Under the pieces are notes generated by a model. The model saw nothing but the letters and a program-made list of their open reading frames with translations, was not told the DNA's origin and searched no databases. 64,000 nucleotides of DNA, taken from the IMG/VR virus record IMGVR_UViG_3300042013_000103. One strand, given 5' to 3'. The position numbers were made by a program, and so were the translations under genes. This stretch comes from a virus. Its lineage: Duplodnaviria > Caudoviricetes. Positions 1-9,636 of the stretch are shown here, piece by piece. How positions within the stretch are numbered: position 1 is the first letter of the stretch; each line of letters starts with the position of its first letter.

Positions 1-803
1 GAATACAGTTGCAGGTACCGGGCAACACGCTCCAGTTCTTCCGCCACCATCGCCACGAACTCACGAGAGGCGCCTGAGTCGTCACGCTCCAGTCGTTGGA
101 TCAATGCTGTGGCGGTCAGTTGCATGCGCCCCACAGCGTGTTGTACGCGGTCTGGGCTGGCGGTGCTGTAAGAGTCCACGAGTTTCACCATCAGCGTTTC
201 ACACGCAACGAAATCATTCATCGAATCGAACAGGTTACCGAACTGCGACGCCGCTTCGTGGTTCCCCTGCACCATGACCTTGGACATGTTCGAACGGAAG
301 ATCGCTTCGGCGTCCACAGTGGTGTCCACGCCGTACATGAAGTCGCGGGTGTCGCCACGTTCGTCCGGGACTGACAGGTAATGACCGAAACGCTTGATCG
401 ACGGTTCGATGATGTCCGCGATCAAGTTGGTGGCAATCGGCGTGAGTTTCTCCAGCAGTTCCAGGTACTCTTTGTACCGGGCACAGAGGCCAGCCGGTTG
501 TGGCATCATCTGGTCGTCCACCGCGGTGTACTTGATGCTTTGTACGATGGTTTTCATCTGCGACGGGTTGAGCGGTTCGAACACGGGGAAGTTGTACGTG
601 GTCAACGAACGGAACGCTTCCTTGATCGAGATGGTCAGGCGTGCACCATGGTCCGAGAACCAACCTTCCACAGAGACGATGGAGGTGGCGTCGCTGCGCA
701 GGTTAGCCATGTCACGGTTGAACCGGTCAACGGGCGTGAGCGAAGCCTCGTGCGCTTCCAGGGCGGCTGTGTCGGGGGTCTGGTACTTTTTGAAACCTTT
801 CAT
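1..803 (-). CDS. putative virion head protein, 3'-truncated by the window edge (MKGFKKYQTPDTAALEAHEASLTPVDRFNRDMANLRSDATSIVSVEGWF...)
   Basis: Hand-translated ORF missing from the track: ATG at 803 after GAGGA, open to base 1. Has an S-V-E motif near the N-terminus, the S/A/G-x-E type cut by the phiKZ prohead protease. Divergent from uvsX as in phiKZ. Confidence 0.7.
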   Translation of the reverse strand, partial: MKGFKKYQTPDTAALEAHEASLTPVDRFNRDMANLRSDATSIVSVEGWFSDHGARLTISIKEAFRSLTTYNFPVFEPLNPSQMKTIVQSIKYTAVDDQMMPQPAGLCARYKEYLELLEKLTPIATNLIADIIEPSIKRFGHYLSVPDERGDTRDFMYGVDTTVDAEAIFRSNMSKVMVQGNHEAASQFGNLFDSMNDFVACETLMVKLVDSYSTASPDRVQHAVGRMQLTATALIQRLERDDSGASREFVAMVAEELERVARYLQLY

Positions 804-897
804 GGGGCGGTCCTCGTAAGGGCTAAGAATTCATTAACATAAAATTACGCTTAATCATTATCAATTGATAGTCATATACATTAAAAGGGAACTGCTC

Positions 898-2337
898 ATG
901 TTCAACAAATCGTTCCAACGACCGGCGTTTCGTCCATCGATCAACGTGGGTTGCATGTTTGATATTCCGACCGGTAAGTACGAGACCGGCAAACGTGGCG
1001 AACAGGTGCTGAACGGTGGCTTGGGTCCTTTGACGGGGATCGCTTCCCGTCCGAACAACTTTAAGTCGGCTATCGGTGTGTTCTTTACGGTCATGGTGCG
1101 TCGTGCCATGCCGCGCTCTGACGGCATCACTTACGACACCGAGGGTACCCTCGACCCAACGTCGCGTTACAAACAAATCAGCGACCAGTTCAGCGAACTG
1201 ACCGACATCGACTGGGACCACGACGAACAGTTCATGTTCACAGACTTGTCCCGTTACTCCGGTGACGAGTTCTTCAGCAAGTTCCGTGAAGTACTGGGGG
1301 CCAAGGCCAAGGACGAGAAGACTTATATCCGCACCACGCCGTTCCTCGACATGGAAGGCAAGCCGCGGCAGTGCCTGTACCCGACCACCGGGTTCATCGA
1401 CAGCTTCTCCAAGTTCATCGTGTCCGACGTCGACAAGATGTACGAGAAGAACAAAATCGGTGACTCGAAGAACAACACCGATGCCATGATGAACGGCAAG
1501 GCCAAGAACCAGCTGTTCAACCAACTGCCGCAGGTCTGTGCCAAAACCGGTTCGTACGTGATCCTCACCGCGCACGTCGGCGACATCATCCAAATGGAGA
1601 TGTACCCAACCGACAAACGCAACCTGTCGCACATGAAGAAAGACACCGTGTTGAAAGGCGTGTCCGGGGGGTTCTACAGCCTGCCTAACAACGTCTTCTC
1701 CATCGAGTCGAACAAACCCATGCTCAACAAAGAGAAGATGCCTCAGTATCCTCTCGACAACGCCACGGCGATGGAAGGCGACACCGACCTGCGTGAACTG
1801 ACCATCATGAACTTGCGTGGTAAAGCGGGCATGTCCGGTCTGCCGTTTAAAGTGATCGTGTCGCAGACTGAAGGTTTGCAAGTGGGTCTGACCGATTTCG
1901 ATTACGTCAAAGAAAACGGGTTCGGCATTGGCGGCAACGCTTTGAACTACTTCATCGAACTGCGTCCAGAAGTGAACCTGTCGCGGACCAAAGTGCGCCA
2001 GATCATCAACGGCGATGCCAAGCTGCGCCGTGCGTGTGAGTTCCAATCGGAAATGCTGCAACTGGTGCAGTTCCAACGGTGGACCAGCGAATACATCTGT
2101 GATCCGAAAGTCCTGTACGAAGACCTCAAAGCAATGGGCTACGACTGGGACGTGCTGCTGGACACCCGTGGTTACTGGATGTGCGAAGAAGACGAGAAAG
2201 AGCCAGGCGTCAAGCCGTTCCTCTCCACCTTCGACCTGTTGAAAATGCGCAAGTTTGAGTACGTGCCCTTCTGGTTCACCAAAGAACAGAAAGCGGCGAT
2301 CAAACCACTCGAGCTGGCCACCAAGAAAGCAGCATAA
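898..2337 (+). CDS. uvsX: UvsX/RecA-like recombinase (phiKZ gp152-like)
   Basis: Variant Walker A GIASRPNNFKS, YDTE motif, Walker B-like FIDSFS, VILTAH strand. ATG at 898 follows AAGGGAA. Confidence 0.85.
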   Translation: MFNKSFQRPAFRPSINVGCMFDIPTGKYETGKRGEQVLNGGLGPLTGIASRPNNFKSAIGVFFTVMVRRAMPRSDGITYDTEGTLDPTSRYKQISDQFSELTDIDWDHDEQFMFTDLSRYSGDEFFSKFREVLGAKAKDEKTYIRTTPFLDMEGKPRQCLYPTTGFIDSFSKFIVSDVDKMYEKNKIGDSKNNTDAMMNGKAKNQLFNQLPQVCAKTGSYVILTAHVGDIIQMEMYPTDKRNLSHMKKDTVLKGVSGGFYSLPNNVFSIESNKPMLNKEKMPQYPLDNATAMEGDTDLRELTIMNLRGKAGMSGLPFKVIVSQTEGLQVGLTDFDYVKENGFGIGGNALNYFIELRPEVNLSRTKVRQIINGDAKLRRACEFQSEMLQLVQFQRWTSEYICDPKVLYEDLKAMGYDWDVLLDTRGYWMCEEDEKEPGVKPFLSTFDLLKMRKFEYVPFWFTKEQKAAIKPLELATKKAA

Positions 2338-2352
2338 TCCATTGGGGGTACT

Positions 2353-2703
2353 ATGAATCTCTACACGTTCCAACTGGCTGCCTTTAAGTCAGCGGACGCT
2401 CAGGGTATCCCTTGGATCGACACCACGGTCAAAAGTGGGTTGCCGTTGCTCGCGCCCAGCTGGGAGATCGTCATGGGCGTAAAGTCCGGACGAATCACCC
2501 ACGAACAGTACACTGCCATTTATTGGCAAGGGTTGGTCGACCGTTACCATGACAACCCTGAATTTTTTGAGTGGTTAGTTGCCCACGAAGATCTGGCCCT
2601 GGGTTGTTATTGCGCAGCAGGGCTTTTTTGTCATCGACACATCATCGTCGAATTCTTAAAACACATCACAGAGGTCTGCTACTGTGGCGAACTAACAGAG
2701 TAG
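2353..2703 (+). CDS. DUF488-family protein
   Basis: LAPSWEIV...Y...Y and LGCYCAAGLFCHRH motifs are typical of DUF488. Confidence 0.7.
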   Translation: MNLYTFQLAAFKSADAQGIPWIDTTVKSGLPLLAPSWEIVMGVKSGRITHEQYTAIYWQGLVDRYHDNPEFFEWLVAHEDLALGCYCAAGLFCHRHIIVEFLKHITEVCYCGELTE

Positions 2704-2717
2704 ATGGAGTAGTTAGC

Positions 2718-3047
2718 ATGGACAATAGTCAAACGCTTCGAGCGCTGATCTTTCAGCGTGTAAGGTTCCTCGACACCGAGTTGGCCGAAGACCTGTACCG
2801 CCGTATGCCGGAAGTGGCGTCGGTGAGTGAACTGAATGGGTTCATGCACCAGTTGCTGGCCCAGTACGAAGAAAACACATTCCACTTGCGGACTAACCTC
2901 CAGGACACCGACTTCGTGACCTGGAACGCGTTCTTCCAAACAAGCGTGCTGCCGTTCTTGATCCAGCACCGTTTGCCGCCCATGACCAATGCCAACACCA
3001 CCCCTACGTACGCCGGTCTATCGTATGATCTCACCGTTAAGGGGTAA
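2718..3047 (+). CDS. hypothetical protein
   Basis: ATG at 2718 after GGAG, tightly packed in the operon. The upstream extension in the track overlaps the previous gene. Confidence 0.7.
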   Translation: MDNSQTLRALIFQRVRFLDTELAEDLYRRMPEVASVSELNGFMHQLLAQYEENTFHLRTNLQDTDFVTWNAFFQTSVLPFLIQHRLPPMTNANTTPTYAGLSYDLTVKG

Positions 3048-3052
3048 CGAGC

Positions 3053-3730
3053 ATGACTAACCGTGCTTTGGCTGAAAAGGAACTGTTGTATTTTGTGGAG
3101 TTGTTTCTACCGGGCTCGGAGAACCGACAGCTATACGTCGACCTGTTGAAGGACATGGACGACAAAGCGTTCGCGGCGTGGATGGACAAACTGGCGACGG
3201 GGGATGAGATCCTGGCGATCTACGCCCCCAACCTGCACCACGTGGTGCCGACCATCCCACAAGCGTACGTGGTGGCTGATGCCTTGGGCTTTGAGCTGTT
3301 CCAGCACTTGATCCTGACCGACCAGCACACGGGCCAAGTCTACCGGACGCAGAACAAACACTTGATCGGGTTGGTGCCGCTGCGCCGCCAAGTGCAGATG
3401 CTCGAGAAGAAGCGGTCGATCCCCGGGTCGATGTCCACGGCCGACGAGCGTTCCGGCCAAGCCGCGGGTGGGGCTAAGTCAGCACGGATGTCCGGACCTG
3501 AGATCCAAGTCAACGCCTCCAAAGGCCTGACCCAAATGTTGGTGGAGTTGGTGAAGTTCCGGGCCGGCGATGAACGGTCCTACAACGCCATGAACAAATC
3601 GATCTTGGAAACCGGGCGGTGTTCGTTGGATGCCATTATGTCCGATAACCCAGGCATGGTGAAAGCCAACAAAACCTTGTCCGTCTATTTGACGTCCATG
3701 CTGCTCGAGAACAACATGTTGAAGGAATGA
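3053..3730 (+). CDS. virion RNA polymerase beta-like subunit, C-terminal fragment (phiKZ gp149-like)
   Basis: DERSGQAAGGAKSARMSGPEIQVNASKGLTQMLVELVKFRAGD aligns by eye to the RpoB C-terminal [43 protein letters not shown]. Position near uvsX matches phiKZ. Confidence 0.8.
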   Translation: MTNRALAEKELLYFVELFLPGSENRQLYVDLLKDMDDKAFAAWMDKLATGDEILAIYAPNLHHVVPTIPQAYVVADALGFELFQHLILTDQHTGQVYRTQNKHLIGLVPLRRQVQMLEKKRSIPGSMSTADERSGQAAGGAKSARMSGPEIQVNASKGLTQMLVELVKFRAGDERSYNAMNKSILETGRCSLDAIMSDNPGMVKANKTLSVYLTSMLLENNMLKE

Positions 3731-3733
3731 GTC

Positions 3734-4198
3734 ATGTCAGAACACAGTGATCAAATGAAAGAAGCCTTGGCCGAGGCTGTGCGGGAAATGCTCATCGCTG
3801 AACACCAAGACGTCTTCAAACAGTTCAGTGACCTGGTCATGGACATTCGGGCGGTCCAGCGGCAGTACTTGATGCACCCGAAGAAGATTGACACCGAATA
3901 CTGGAAGCCGATCCGCAGCAACAACAAACTGATGCACGCGGTCATGGCCACGACCCAGGTGTTCTTGGGTGAGTTGACCGACGTGGACGCCAGTGTGGTT
4001 CGGTTTGCGAATACAGTGGTGCCGTTCACTCCCGAGAGCAGCATCTTGGCGGCGGTGGATTTGGAGAAGGCCCCTACCCAGCCGGAACTGGTCCAGATCT
4101 TTCGGACCAACCTGTGGTGGTTCTTCCTGAGTTACGCGGCGCAGAACCTGCGGGTGTTGGCGTACGTGCAAGCCGAGGCGACCAAGCATGTTAAATAA
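3734..4198 (+). CDS. hypothetical protein
   Basis: 154-aa ORF, operon-packed, genome-like codon usage. Confidence 0.75.
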   Translation: MSEHSDQMKEALAEAVREMLIAEHQDVFKQFSDLVMDIRAVQRQYLMHPKKIDTEYWKPIRSNNKLMHAVMATTQVFLGELTDVDASVVRFANTVVPFTPESSILAAVDLEKAPTQPELVQIFRTNLWWFFLSYAAQNLRVLAYVQAEATKHVK

Positions 4199-4907
4199 GA
4201 TCTTGATTTGTTTGGACACGTTACTGGACACACGCATTGGTACCGTTGCCCGACTGAACCAAGACGCCGCGCGGCTGATGCTGTCCAACACCGAATACCA
4301 CAACCGGGACTTTAACGATTGGGGGTTTCTGACCCAGGGTTTGGTCACCAACGAACAGTTTGCCGAAGCCTACGCCACTCGGGGGGGCGAGAACACCAAC
4401 CTGACGTTGGCAGCCTCGTTCGAAACGGGGATGCAACCCGTGATCGATCGGCTGCTGATTGAATGTTCGGTACTGGCCCGTGACCAACTGGTGGCCTCGG
4501 AGAATGAAGTCGCGATTGCAATCAACACGTGGCCTTATGACCTGAACGCCCAACAAGAAGAAGACCTGCTGGACATCATGCACGCCAAGTTTGGTCGGGA
4601 ACTCCCCATTGAGTTGGTGGAGATTTCCCTGGACGAGCTGACCCCCCAGGTGATGTACGCGTGCTTCGCGATGTTCGTGAGTTACCACTTCGTCGATTGG
4701 TTCAAGCACCATTATCTAGCAATCCTGCAGCAGTACATGTCGTGCTTCCAAGCGATCATGCCGATTCTGTTTGAAACGGACCCCGGCAAGCTGACGGCCC
4801 AGGAACGGGAATTCGAATACACCAAGTTACGGCACCATTCCCTGGAGCATTTGGACATTCAGTTCATTTCTGCCCGGTGCATGTCGCTGTTTCAAGTGGA
4901 CGCGTGA
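4188..4907 (+). CDS. conserved jumbo-phage hypothetical protein (N-terminal LDTLLDTR motif, possible HAD-like fold)
   Basis: 239-aa ORF overlapping the previous stop; a beta-strand followed by DxxxDTR at the N-terminus. Confidence 0.65.
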   Translation: MLNKILICLDTLLDTRIGTVARLNQDAARLMLSNTEYHNRDFNDWGFLTQGLVTNEQFAEAYATRGGENTNLTLAASFETGMQPVIDRLLIECSVLARDQLVASENEVAIAINTWPYDLNAQQEEDLLDIMHAKFGRELPIELVEISLDELTPQVMYACFAMFVSYHFVDWFKHHYLAILQQYMSCFQAIMPILFETDPGKLTAQEREFEYTKLRHHSLEHLDIQFISARCMSLFQVDA

Positions 4908-4914
4908 TGACAAC

Positions 4915-4949
4915 ATAAAGAGAGCCCCGTTAAGGGCTCTCTTATGCCG
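4915..4949. terminator. bidirectional hairpin terminator between convergent operons
   Basis: ATAAAGAGAGCCC-CGTTAA-GGGCTCTCTTATGCCG. Confidence 0.75.
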
Positions 4950-5034
4950 TCTACAGCCTTTTAACCATCAAGGTATAAACTGGTACCGATTAGCCTGTGG
5001 CGTCCAGCAGGAGCGCTCACAGACCTTGGCTTTA

Positions 5035-5970
5035 TCAGTACTCCAGTTCCAACACCGGCTTCCAGTTAAACTGCACCGAACCGTTACTGGTCAGGAACTT
5101 GGCAGGCAACCCGTCAATCCCTAAGGCGCCCGCAATGGTGGGCCGGTAGATGGCGTTAGCGCTGCCGCTGGCCCCATCGTAGTAGTCCGCGGTGGGGTAC
5201 CAGTTGCTTGTGCCCACGAGGCTGGTGGCGTCGTCGTAACGGCCGAGGTTAGCGTCGTTAAAATCCCGCCCTAAGTAGAAGCCGGCAAAGATGGCGTCGA
5301 CTTCCCCGCCACGCAGGTCGAGCGCTCCTACCGCGGTACTGAGCATGTTAGACCGGGAGGTCGGCAGGCGGACTGTGAAGCGATGCGTGCCGGAGCTGAT
5401 CATCACCCCTTGAGCAATGGTGCCCAGTTGAGTTTTGAACACCGTTGGCCAGTTCGCACTCGGGGTTTTGCCGTAGACCAGCCCCGCGTTGTACAGCGTG
5501 GCCCAGGAGATCCCCGTGCCGATGGAGTTGTTCGGGAAGAACAGAATCTTTCCACCGTACACCACCTTGTGCCAGTAGTTCCCCGCCGCGGTGTTGATAG
5601 TGATACTGGACGCGAGGTTGCACCCTTTGACCAACTCCGTGGCCGAGAACAAATCTTCCAAGGGCACTCGCCCGAAGTACCCGTATGACCAATCCCCTCG
5701 GATCAACGCTTGAGGACCCGGACCAGTGTAGGGGATGTACGCAATCACGTACTCTGCAGACGGGGCTTCGTCCGCTCCTTGGATGCTGGTGACCACGTAG
5801 TGATACGTAACGCCCCGAACGACGGTGTTGTCAGTGTAGGTTAAGGCGTCACCGGCCAACACGGCCAAGGGCGTGCCCAGATTACCTTGATCGATCTTGG
5901 TCAACGACCGGTAGACCTTACGGCTGTCCACGGTGACGTTGTGATCGATCCAATCCAGTTTAATTGGCAT
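5035..5970 (-). CDS. virion structural protein, paralog 4 of 4 (FN3-like N-domain + GPGP..L..G...GYFG domain)
   Basis: GPGPQALIRGDWSYGYFGRV, WHKVVYGGKILF, ISWATLYNAGLVYG and C-terminal WKPVLEL are shared with its three neighbours. Confidence 0.8.
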   Translation of the reverse strand: MPIKLDWIDHNVTVDSRKVYRSLTKIDQGNLGTPLAVLAGDALTYTDNTVVRGVTYHYVVTSIQGADEAPSAEYVIAYIPYTGPGPQALIRGDWSYGYFGRVPLEDLFSATELVKGCNLASSITINTAAGNYWHKVVYGGKILFFPNNSIGTGISWATLYNAGLVYGKTPSANWPTVFKTQLGTIAQGVMISSGTHRFTVRLPTSRSNMLSTAVGALDLRGGEVDAIFAGFYLGRDFNDANLGRYDDATSLVGTSNWYPTADYYDGASGSANAIYRPTIAGALGIDGLPAKFLTSNGSVQFNWKPVLELEY

Positions 5971-5980
5971 GGTTCAAACC

Positions 5981-6904
5981 TCAAAATTGTAATTCTAGAA
6001 ACGGGTGGTAACCGTAAGTAGCGGACGCAGCCGCGACCAAGTTAATGGAGTCGATGGTTGCTGCCCCCCGATGGAGTGCCGACTTTGGGGTGGTCGTGGC
6101 TACCGATAGGTGTTGGGTAAAGGTACCTTGGGTAGTCGCCGGGATCGTGGTGTTGTCGTCTTGGAGGATGCTCGTGTTCCACGCCAGTGTCGCGTTCGGG
6201 TTAATACGACCCATGGTCTGGTCCCACTCGGACCCTTGCTTGTCCGCAGTGGCCGAGGTTACCAGGTCCGTGGTAGCCGACGTGGAGCCTTTCGGCAGAC
6301 GGACCAGGAAACTGAAAGCCCCCACCGTGATCAGTTTCTTTTGGTTGGTCGGGGTCACCGTCGCCCCGGCAGGGTAGGCACCATTGTCATCTGTGCCGTA
6401 CACCAATCCAAGGTTGTACAGTTGATCCCACGTCACGGTGGTCAAGATGGCCCCGGCTGGACAGAACAGGATCTTCCCGTTGCGCACGAACTTGTAGTAG
6501 TAGGTGATGTTACTGTCCGCGATGGCCGAGCCAATGGTCCCAGCTCCCACGGCGGTACGGAGGGCTGAACCGGAAATCATGTCAGCCACAGGTACGCGTC
6601 CAAAGTAACCCAACTCCCACGACCCACGGACGATCTGCTGCGGGCCTGGACCGGTGGTGGTGAAATACCCAAAGGTTTGGTTGTCCCCGAGGAACGTATC
6701 GGCACCCCGATCGAAAGCAATGCGGAAATAATAAACTGTGTTGTCCGTGGGTGGTGCTGCCCACACGTAACTGACATCGGTCCCCGGTAATGTCGCAATG
6801 GGGGCCGGCAGCGCGCTCTCGAGGATCGGGGTGGTGGCTGCGTAGATCCGAATCTCGGTGGCCACCCCTGCATTAGAGGAAGGCCAGTTTAAGGTGATTG
6901 CCAT
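5981..6904 (-). CDS. virion structural protein, paralog 3 of 4
   Basis: GPGPQQIVRGSWELGYFGRV, YKFVRNGKILF, VTWDQLYNLGLVYG, YHPFLEL. Confidence 0.8.
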   Translation of the reverse strand: MAITLNWPSSNAGVATEIRIYAATTPILESALPAPIATLPGTDVSYVWAAPPTDNTVYYFRIAFDRGADTFLGDNQTFGYFTTTGPGPQQIVRGSWELGYFGRVPVADMISGSALRTAVGAGTIGSAIADSNITYYYKFVRNGKILFCPAGAILTTVTWDQLYNLGLVYGTDDNGAYPAGATVTPTNQKKLITVGAFSFLVRLPKGSTSATTDLVTSATADKQGSEWDQTMGRINPNATLAWNTSILQDDNTTIPATTQGTFTQHLSVATTTPKSALHRGAATIDSINLVAAASATYGYHPFLELQF

Positions 6905-6916
6905 GATGAACCTCTC

Positions 6917-7858
6917 TTAGATGGCTGGAGCGACCAGTTCCAAGATCGGGTACCAAGAACTGAGGTAAGCGTTGGTGTTGCAAATCCTGGTGGTCAACCC
7001 GACACGAGCCTCAGTAGCGAACCCACGACGAACTACCGGGTTACCCGCAGAATCACTGAGTTCTTGAATGGCGACTCCGGTGTAACCGTTCCAAGGCCCC
7101 GGTAATGTTTCTTGCACTCCTTGGTTGGCAACGTTCACCAACCGTTGGGCACCGGGGACAAATTTACACAGCGGGTAAATGAAATCGTTGTACTCGTTGG
7201 AGTATTCCGCCGGTTCGTTGACGGTGGCCAGTGGAACAATCCGGGTCACGTCATCGCTGTAACCTTTCATGCACCGCACGATAAAGGTGTCGGGACCAAT
7301 CGTTACGGTTTTACGTTGGTCCGTGACCGCCGCACCGTTGCGGTGTGGGCCCGGTCCGGTAACGCCGAACATGATGCCGGCGAGGTAGATCTCGGTCCAC
7401 TGCACCGACTGCCCCAAACAGGTGTTGGGCACGAAGTACACGATGCCGTTGCGCACGTACTTGTGCCAGGTCGGGGAAACGTTGTTGCCCGGACCGGCTT
7501 GGAAGTTGACAGCGTTGCGCAGGTTGGCAGTGTTAATGAAATCACTGGACGGGATAGAACCGAAGTACCCGTAGTTGTAATCCCCGTACTTCAGCTCGGA
7601 CGGACCTGGGCCCAAACGTGGCACCGCTTGGATGCGGTAGTTGGACGAAGTCACGGTGTCCACAGCGCTGGTGGTTTTAAACATGTAGTAGTAATACACC
7701 CCACGCACGGCATTCGGGTCGGTCCAGGTTTCTTCACCGGCCGACAGGGTGGCCACCGGCGCAGGCAGGGCCGCTGGGTCAATCGGCGTGTCGCTGCGGT
7801 AAATGTTGATGGTGACGTCGACCGTGTTGATGTCGGTCCAAAGCAATTTCAAATTCAT
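6917..7858 (-). CDS. virion structural protein, paralog 2 of 4
   Basis: GPGPSELKYGDYNYGYFGSI, WHKYVRNGIVYF, VQWTEIYLAG, WYPILEL. Confidence 0.8.
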   Translation of the reverse strand: MNLKLLWTDINTVDVTINIYRSDTPIDPAALPAPVATLSAGEETWTDPNAVRGVYYYYMFKTTSAVDTVTSSNYRIQAVPRLGPGPSELKYGDYNYGYFGSIPSSDFINTANLRNAVNFQAGPGNNVSPTWHKYVRNGIVYFVPNTCLGQSVQWTEIYLAGIMFGVTGPGPHRNGAAVTDQRKTVTIGPDTFIVRCMKGYSDDVTRIVPLATVNEPAEYSNEYNDFIYPLCKFVPGAQRLVNVANQGVQETLPGPWNGYTGVAIQELSDSAGNPVVRRGFATEARVGLTTRICNTNAYLSSWYPILELVAPAI

Positions 7859-7868
7859 GGAGTGCCTC

Positions 7869-8849
7869 TTAGGTGCGTGTGAAGGTCATGGAAACGGAAT
7901 TCAATGGATTGGCCACCCTTAAGTTCGAAGGGGGTTGTGCCGCATCGACAATGGCCACGGATTGAATGTTGATCTTCGGGGTATCTGTGTCGGTAACCCG
8001 GAACAGCGTTGGCGAATACACCACGTCCACGAAGGAGCCTGTCACGGACAGTGGACCCGCATTACCCGTGTATTCGGAATAGAGACGGTACGGGTTAAAT
8101 GCGTTAGCGTCACTGTCCAGCAATTCCAGCACGGGGCGCCACCCGGTGTCGGTGGAGATCACTGTGGCCTTCGCCCCCACTGCCGTGGTGCCGTTAGTGC
8201 TTCGGGTTAACGTTTGTAAGGTATTGGCCGACGACGATTCTTTGCACAGGGTATTGAGGGCAGGTGCCGCCCCGAGGGCCGTGATGGCCCATTGTTCAAA
8301 TACCCCCATGTTGGGCAGTCCCGCCGAGTTGATCAACCGGTAGAGCAGGTCGTTGTACTCGTTCCCGGTGGCCAACTTCAAGGCGTTGAGATCACCTGGT
8401 GCGAACGGGTCTGCCGTGGCGCCTTGGAGGGTACGGATGCTCATTTTCCAAGGCACATCGTACCCGGCCTCGGGTTTGATCATGACCTTCCATTGGCTGG
8501 TCGCGTTACTGGGCATGGGGTAAGTGCCGTTGCCTTTCACGCCGTACACACCGCCCGCCAAGTATAAATCGTTCCAGGTCAGGTTGTAACGCCAAACCTT
8601 TTCGGCAATGAACAAATACTTACCTTGGTAAACAAACTTCAACCAGTTGTTGTTGGTTTCGTTCAACACCGTACCCGCGGACAGACTCAAGGCAGTGCTC
8701 ACTTCCCAACCCTGGAACAGTTCGGCGCCGGTGACAATGCCAAACCACCCGATGGTGGCATCCCCCGCTTTCAGAACTTTCGTGCCCGGTCCAGAATTAG
8801 GGAAGTACATCTGTCCCTGATTCCCGGAAGATAGGAGCAATTCGTTCAT
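7869..8849 (-). CDS. virion structural protein, paralog 1 of 4 (no FN3-like N-domain; has a C-terminal extension)
   Basis: Start MNELLLSSG at 8849 after GGAG. GPGTKVLKAGDATIGWFG, WLKFVYQGKYLF, LTWNDLYLAGGVYG, WRPVLEL. Confidence 0.8.
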   Translation of the reverse strand: MNELLLSSGNQGQMYFPNSGPGTKVLKAGDATIGWFGIVTGAELFQGWEVSTALSLSAGTVLNETNNNWLKFVYQGKYLFIAEKVWRYNLTWNDLYLAGGVYGVKGNGTYPMPSNATSQWKVMIKPEAGYDVPWKMSIRTLQGATADPFAPGDLNALKLATGNEYNDLLYRLINSAGLPNMGVFEQWAITALGAAPALNTLCKESSSANTLQTLTRSTNGTTAVGAKATVISTDTGWRPVLELLDSDANAFNPYRLYSEYTGNAGPLSVTGSFVDVVYSPTLFRVTDTDTPKINIQSVAIVDAAQPPSNLRVANPLNSVSMTFTRT

Positions 8850-8894
8850 GGTGAAACTCCTGCTGTAGAATATCAAAACATAGTATTGACGGGA

Positions 8895-8924
8895 CATAAA
8901 GCCTCCCCGGGGGGAGGCGCATGG
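8895..8924 (-). terminator. hairpin terminator of the CATAAAG family
   Basis: CATAAAGCCTCCC-CGGG-GGGAGGC immediately after the 216-aa gene stop. Confidence 0.65.
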
Positions 8925-8925
8925 T

Positions 8926-9576
8926 TTACAAGGTAAACAGTTCTGCTGGCGGTACGGGGAGTTCTTCGATTGTGGTGGCTGCAGCCACGGCATCTTTAAA
9001 CACCCAGATAACCCGGTAACCGGCAGTCACGGCTTGGAACGCCGCGGTGGCCATGGTCACCATTTCCGCAGCGGTCAGGGAAACGCTGACGTTCTCATAG
9101 ACGCGGAACTCCACCGGGAACTCCACCGCCGCGTCCACGGCTTCCTTGGCCAGCATCCGCAGGGTGCTGATGTTCTGGCAATCCTTGTCCCGGATTTGAA
9201 CGTGGTAAACGTTCTCGCCGAACTGGTAAGGGAACCCTTGTTCAAAACGGTTGTCCCGCAACGTCTCTGCGTCGACCAGCAACTGGGCTTTCTTACTGAC
9301 CAGGTTGGCCGCTAATTCGGTTTCCGTAAACGGTCGGGCGAGCCACGTGCGGTAATAGCTACCGTCGCGCAGTTCGGGCACACCTTCCACCACAACGTCG
9401 CCCTGCGGCACGTCGGTGTCCAAGACTTCTTCGTAGCCCCATTCCAACAGGTCCGCCGCTTCCATGCGGGTGGGGAATTGGGCGTTGGGCAATCGTTCGC
9501 TCAACGCCGATAGGAACAACGGATACGTGCCCGTGGCCGTTTCAATAAGGCGGGTAGTGCGGGTGATGGTTGACAT
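8926..9576 (-). CDS. tail fibre assembly chaperone (DUF4376-like)
   Basis: WR..DN..V.LTAAEM-type pattern (FRVYENVSVSLTAAEMVTMA...KDAVAAATTIEEL); directly downstream of the long fibre gene. Confidence 0.7.
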   Translation of the reverse strand: MSTITRTTRLIETATGTYPLFLSALSERLPNAQFPTRMEAADLLEWGYEEVLDTDVPQGDVVVEGVPELRDGSYYRTWLARPFTETELAANLVSKKAQLLVDAETLRDNRFEQGFPYQFGENVYHVQIRDKDCQNISTLRMLAKEAVDAAVEFPVEFRVYENVSVSLTAAEMVTMATAAFQAVTAGYRVIWVFKDAVAAATTIEELPVPPAELFTL

Positions 9577-9636
9577 TAAAGAAAACCTCCTTATACAAAA
9601 TAGACAGCGCCCGGGTGGACGCTATCGCTATACGGC

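Noticed and set aside
823-2373. 516-aa minus-strand ORF (also 47194-48426, 49668-51158, 9661-10947, 11185-12492, 13213-14652)
   Set aside because: All are antisense shadows of well-supported genes, with no RBS or family motifs.
898-3730. Inteins or introns in uvsX or the RNAP subunits (also 59113-60747)
   Set aside because: The ORFs are uninterrupted, with no intein splice motifs or homing-endonuclease motifs seen.
8850-8993. Longer 5' starts given by the ORF track (also 16537-16602, 35431-35451, 35969-36013, 36821-36907, 56308-56406)
   Set aside because: They overlap upstream genes or terminators. Internal starts have better RBSs or align with paralog N-termini.
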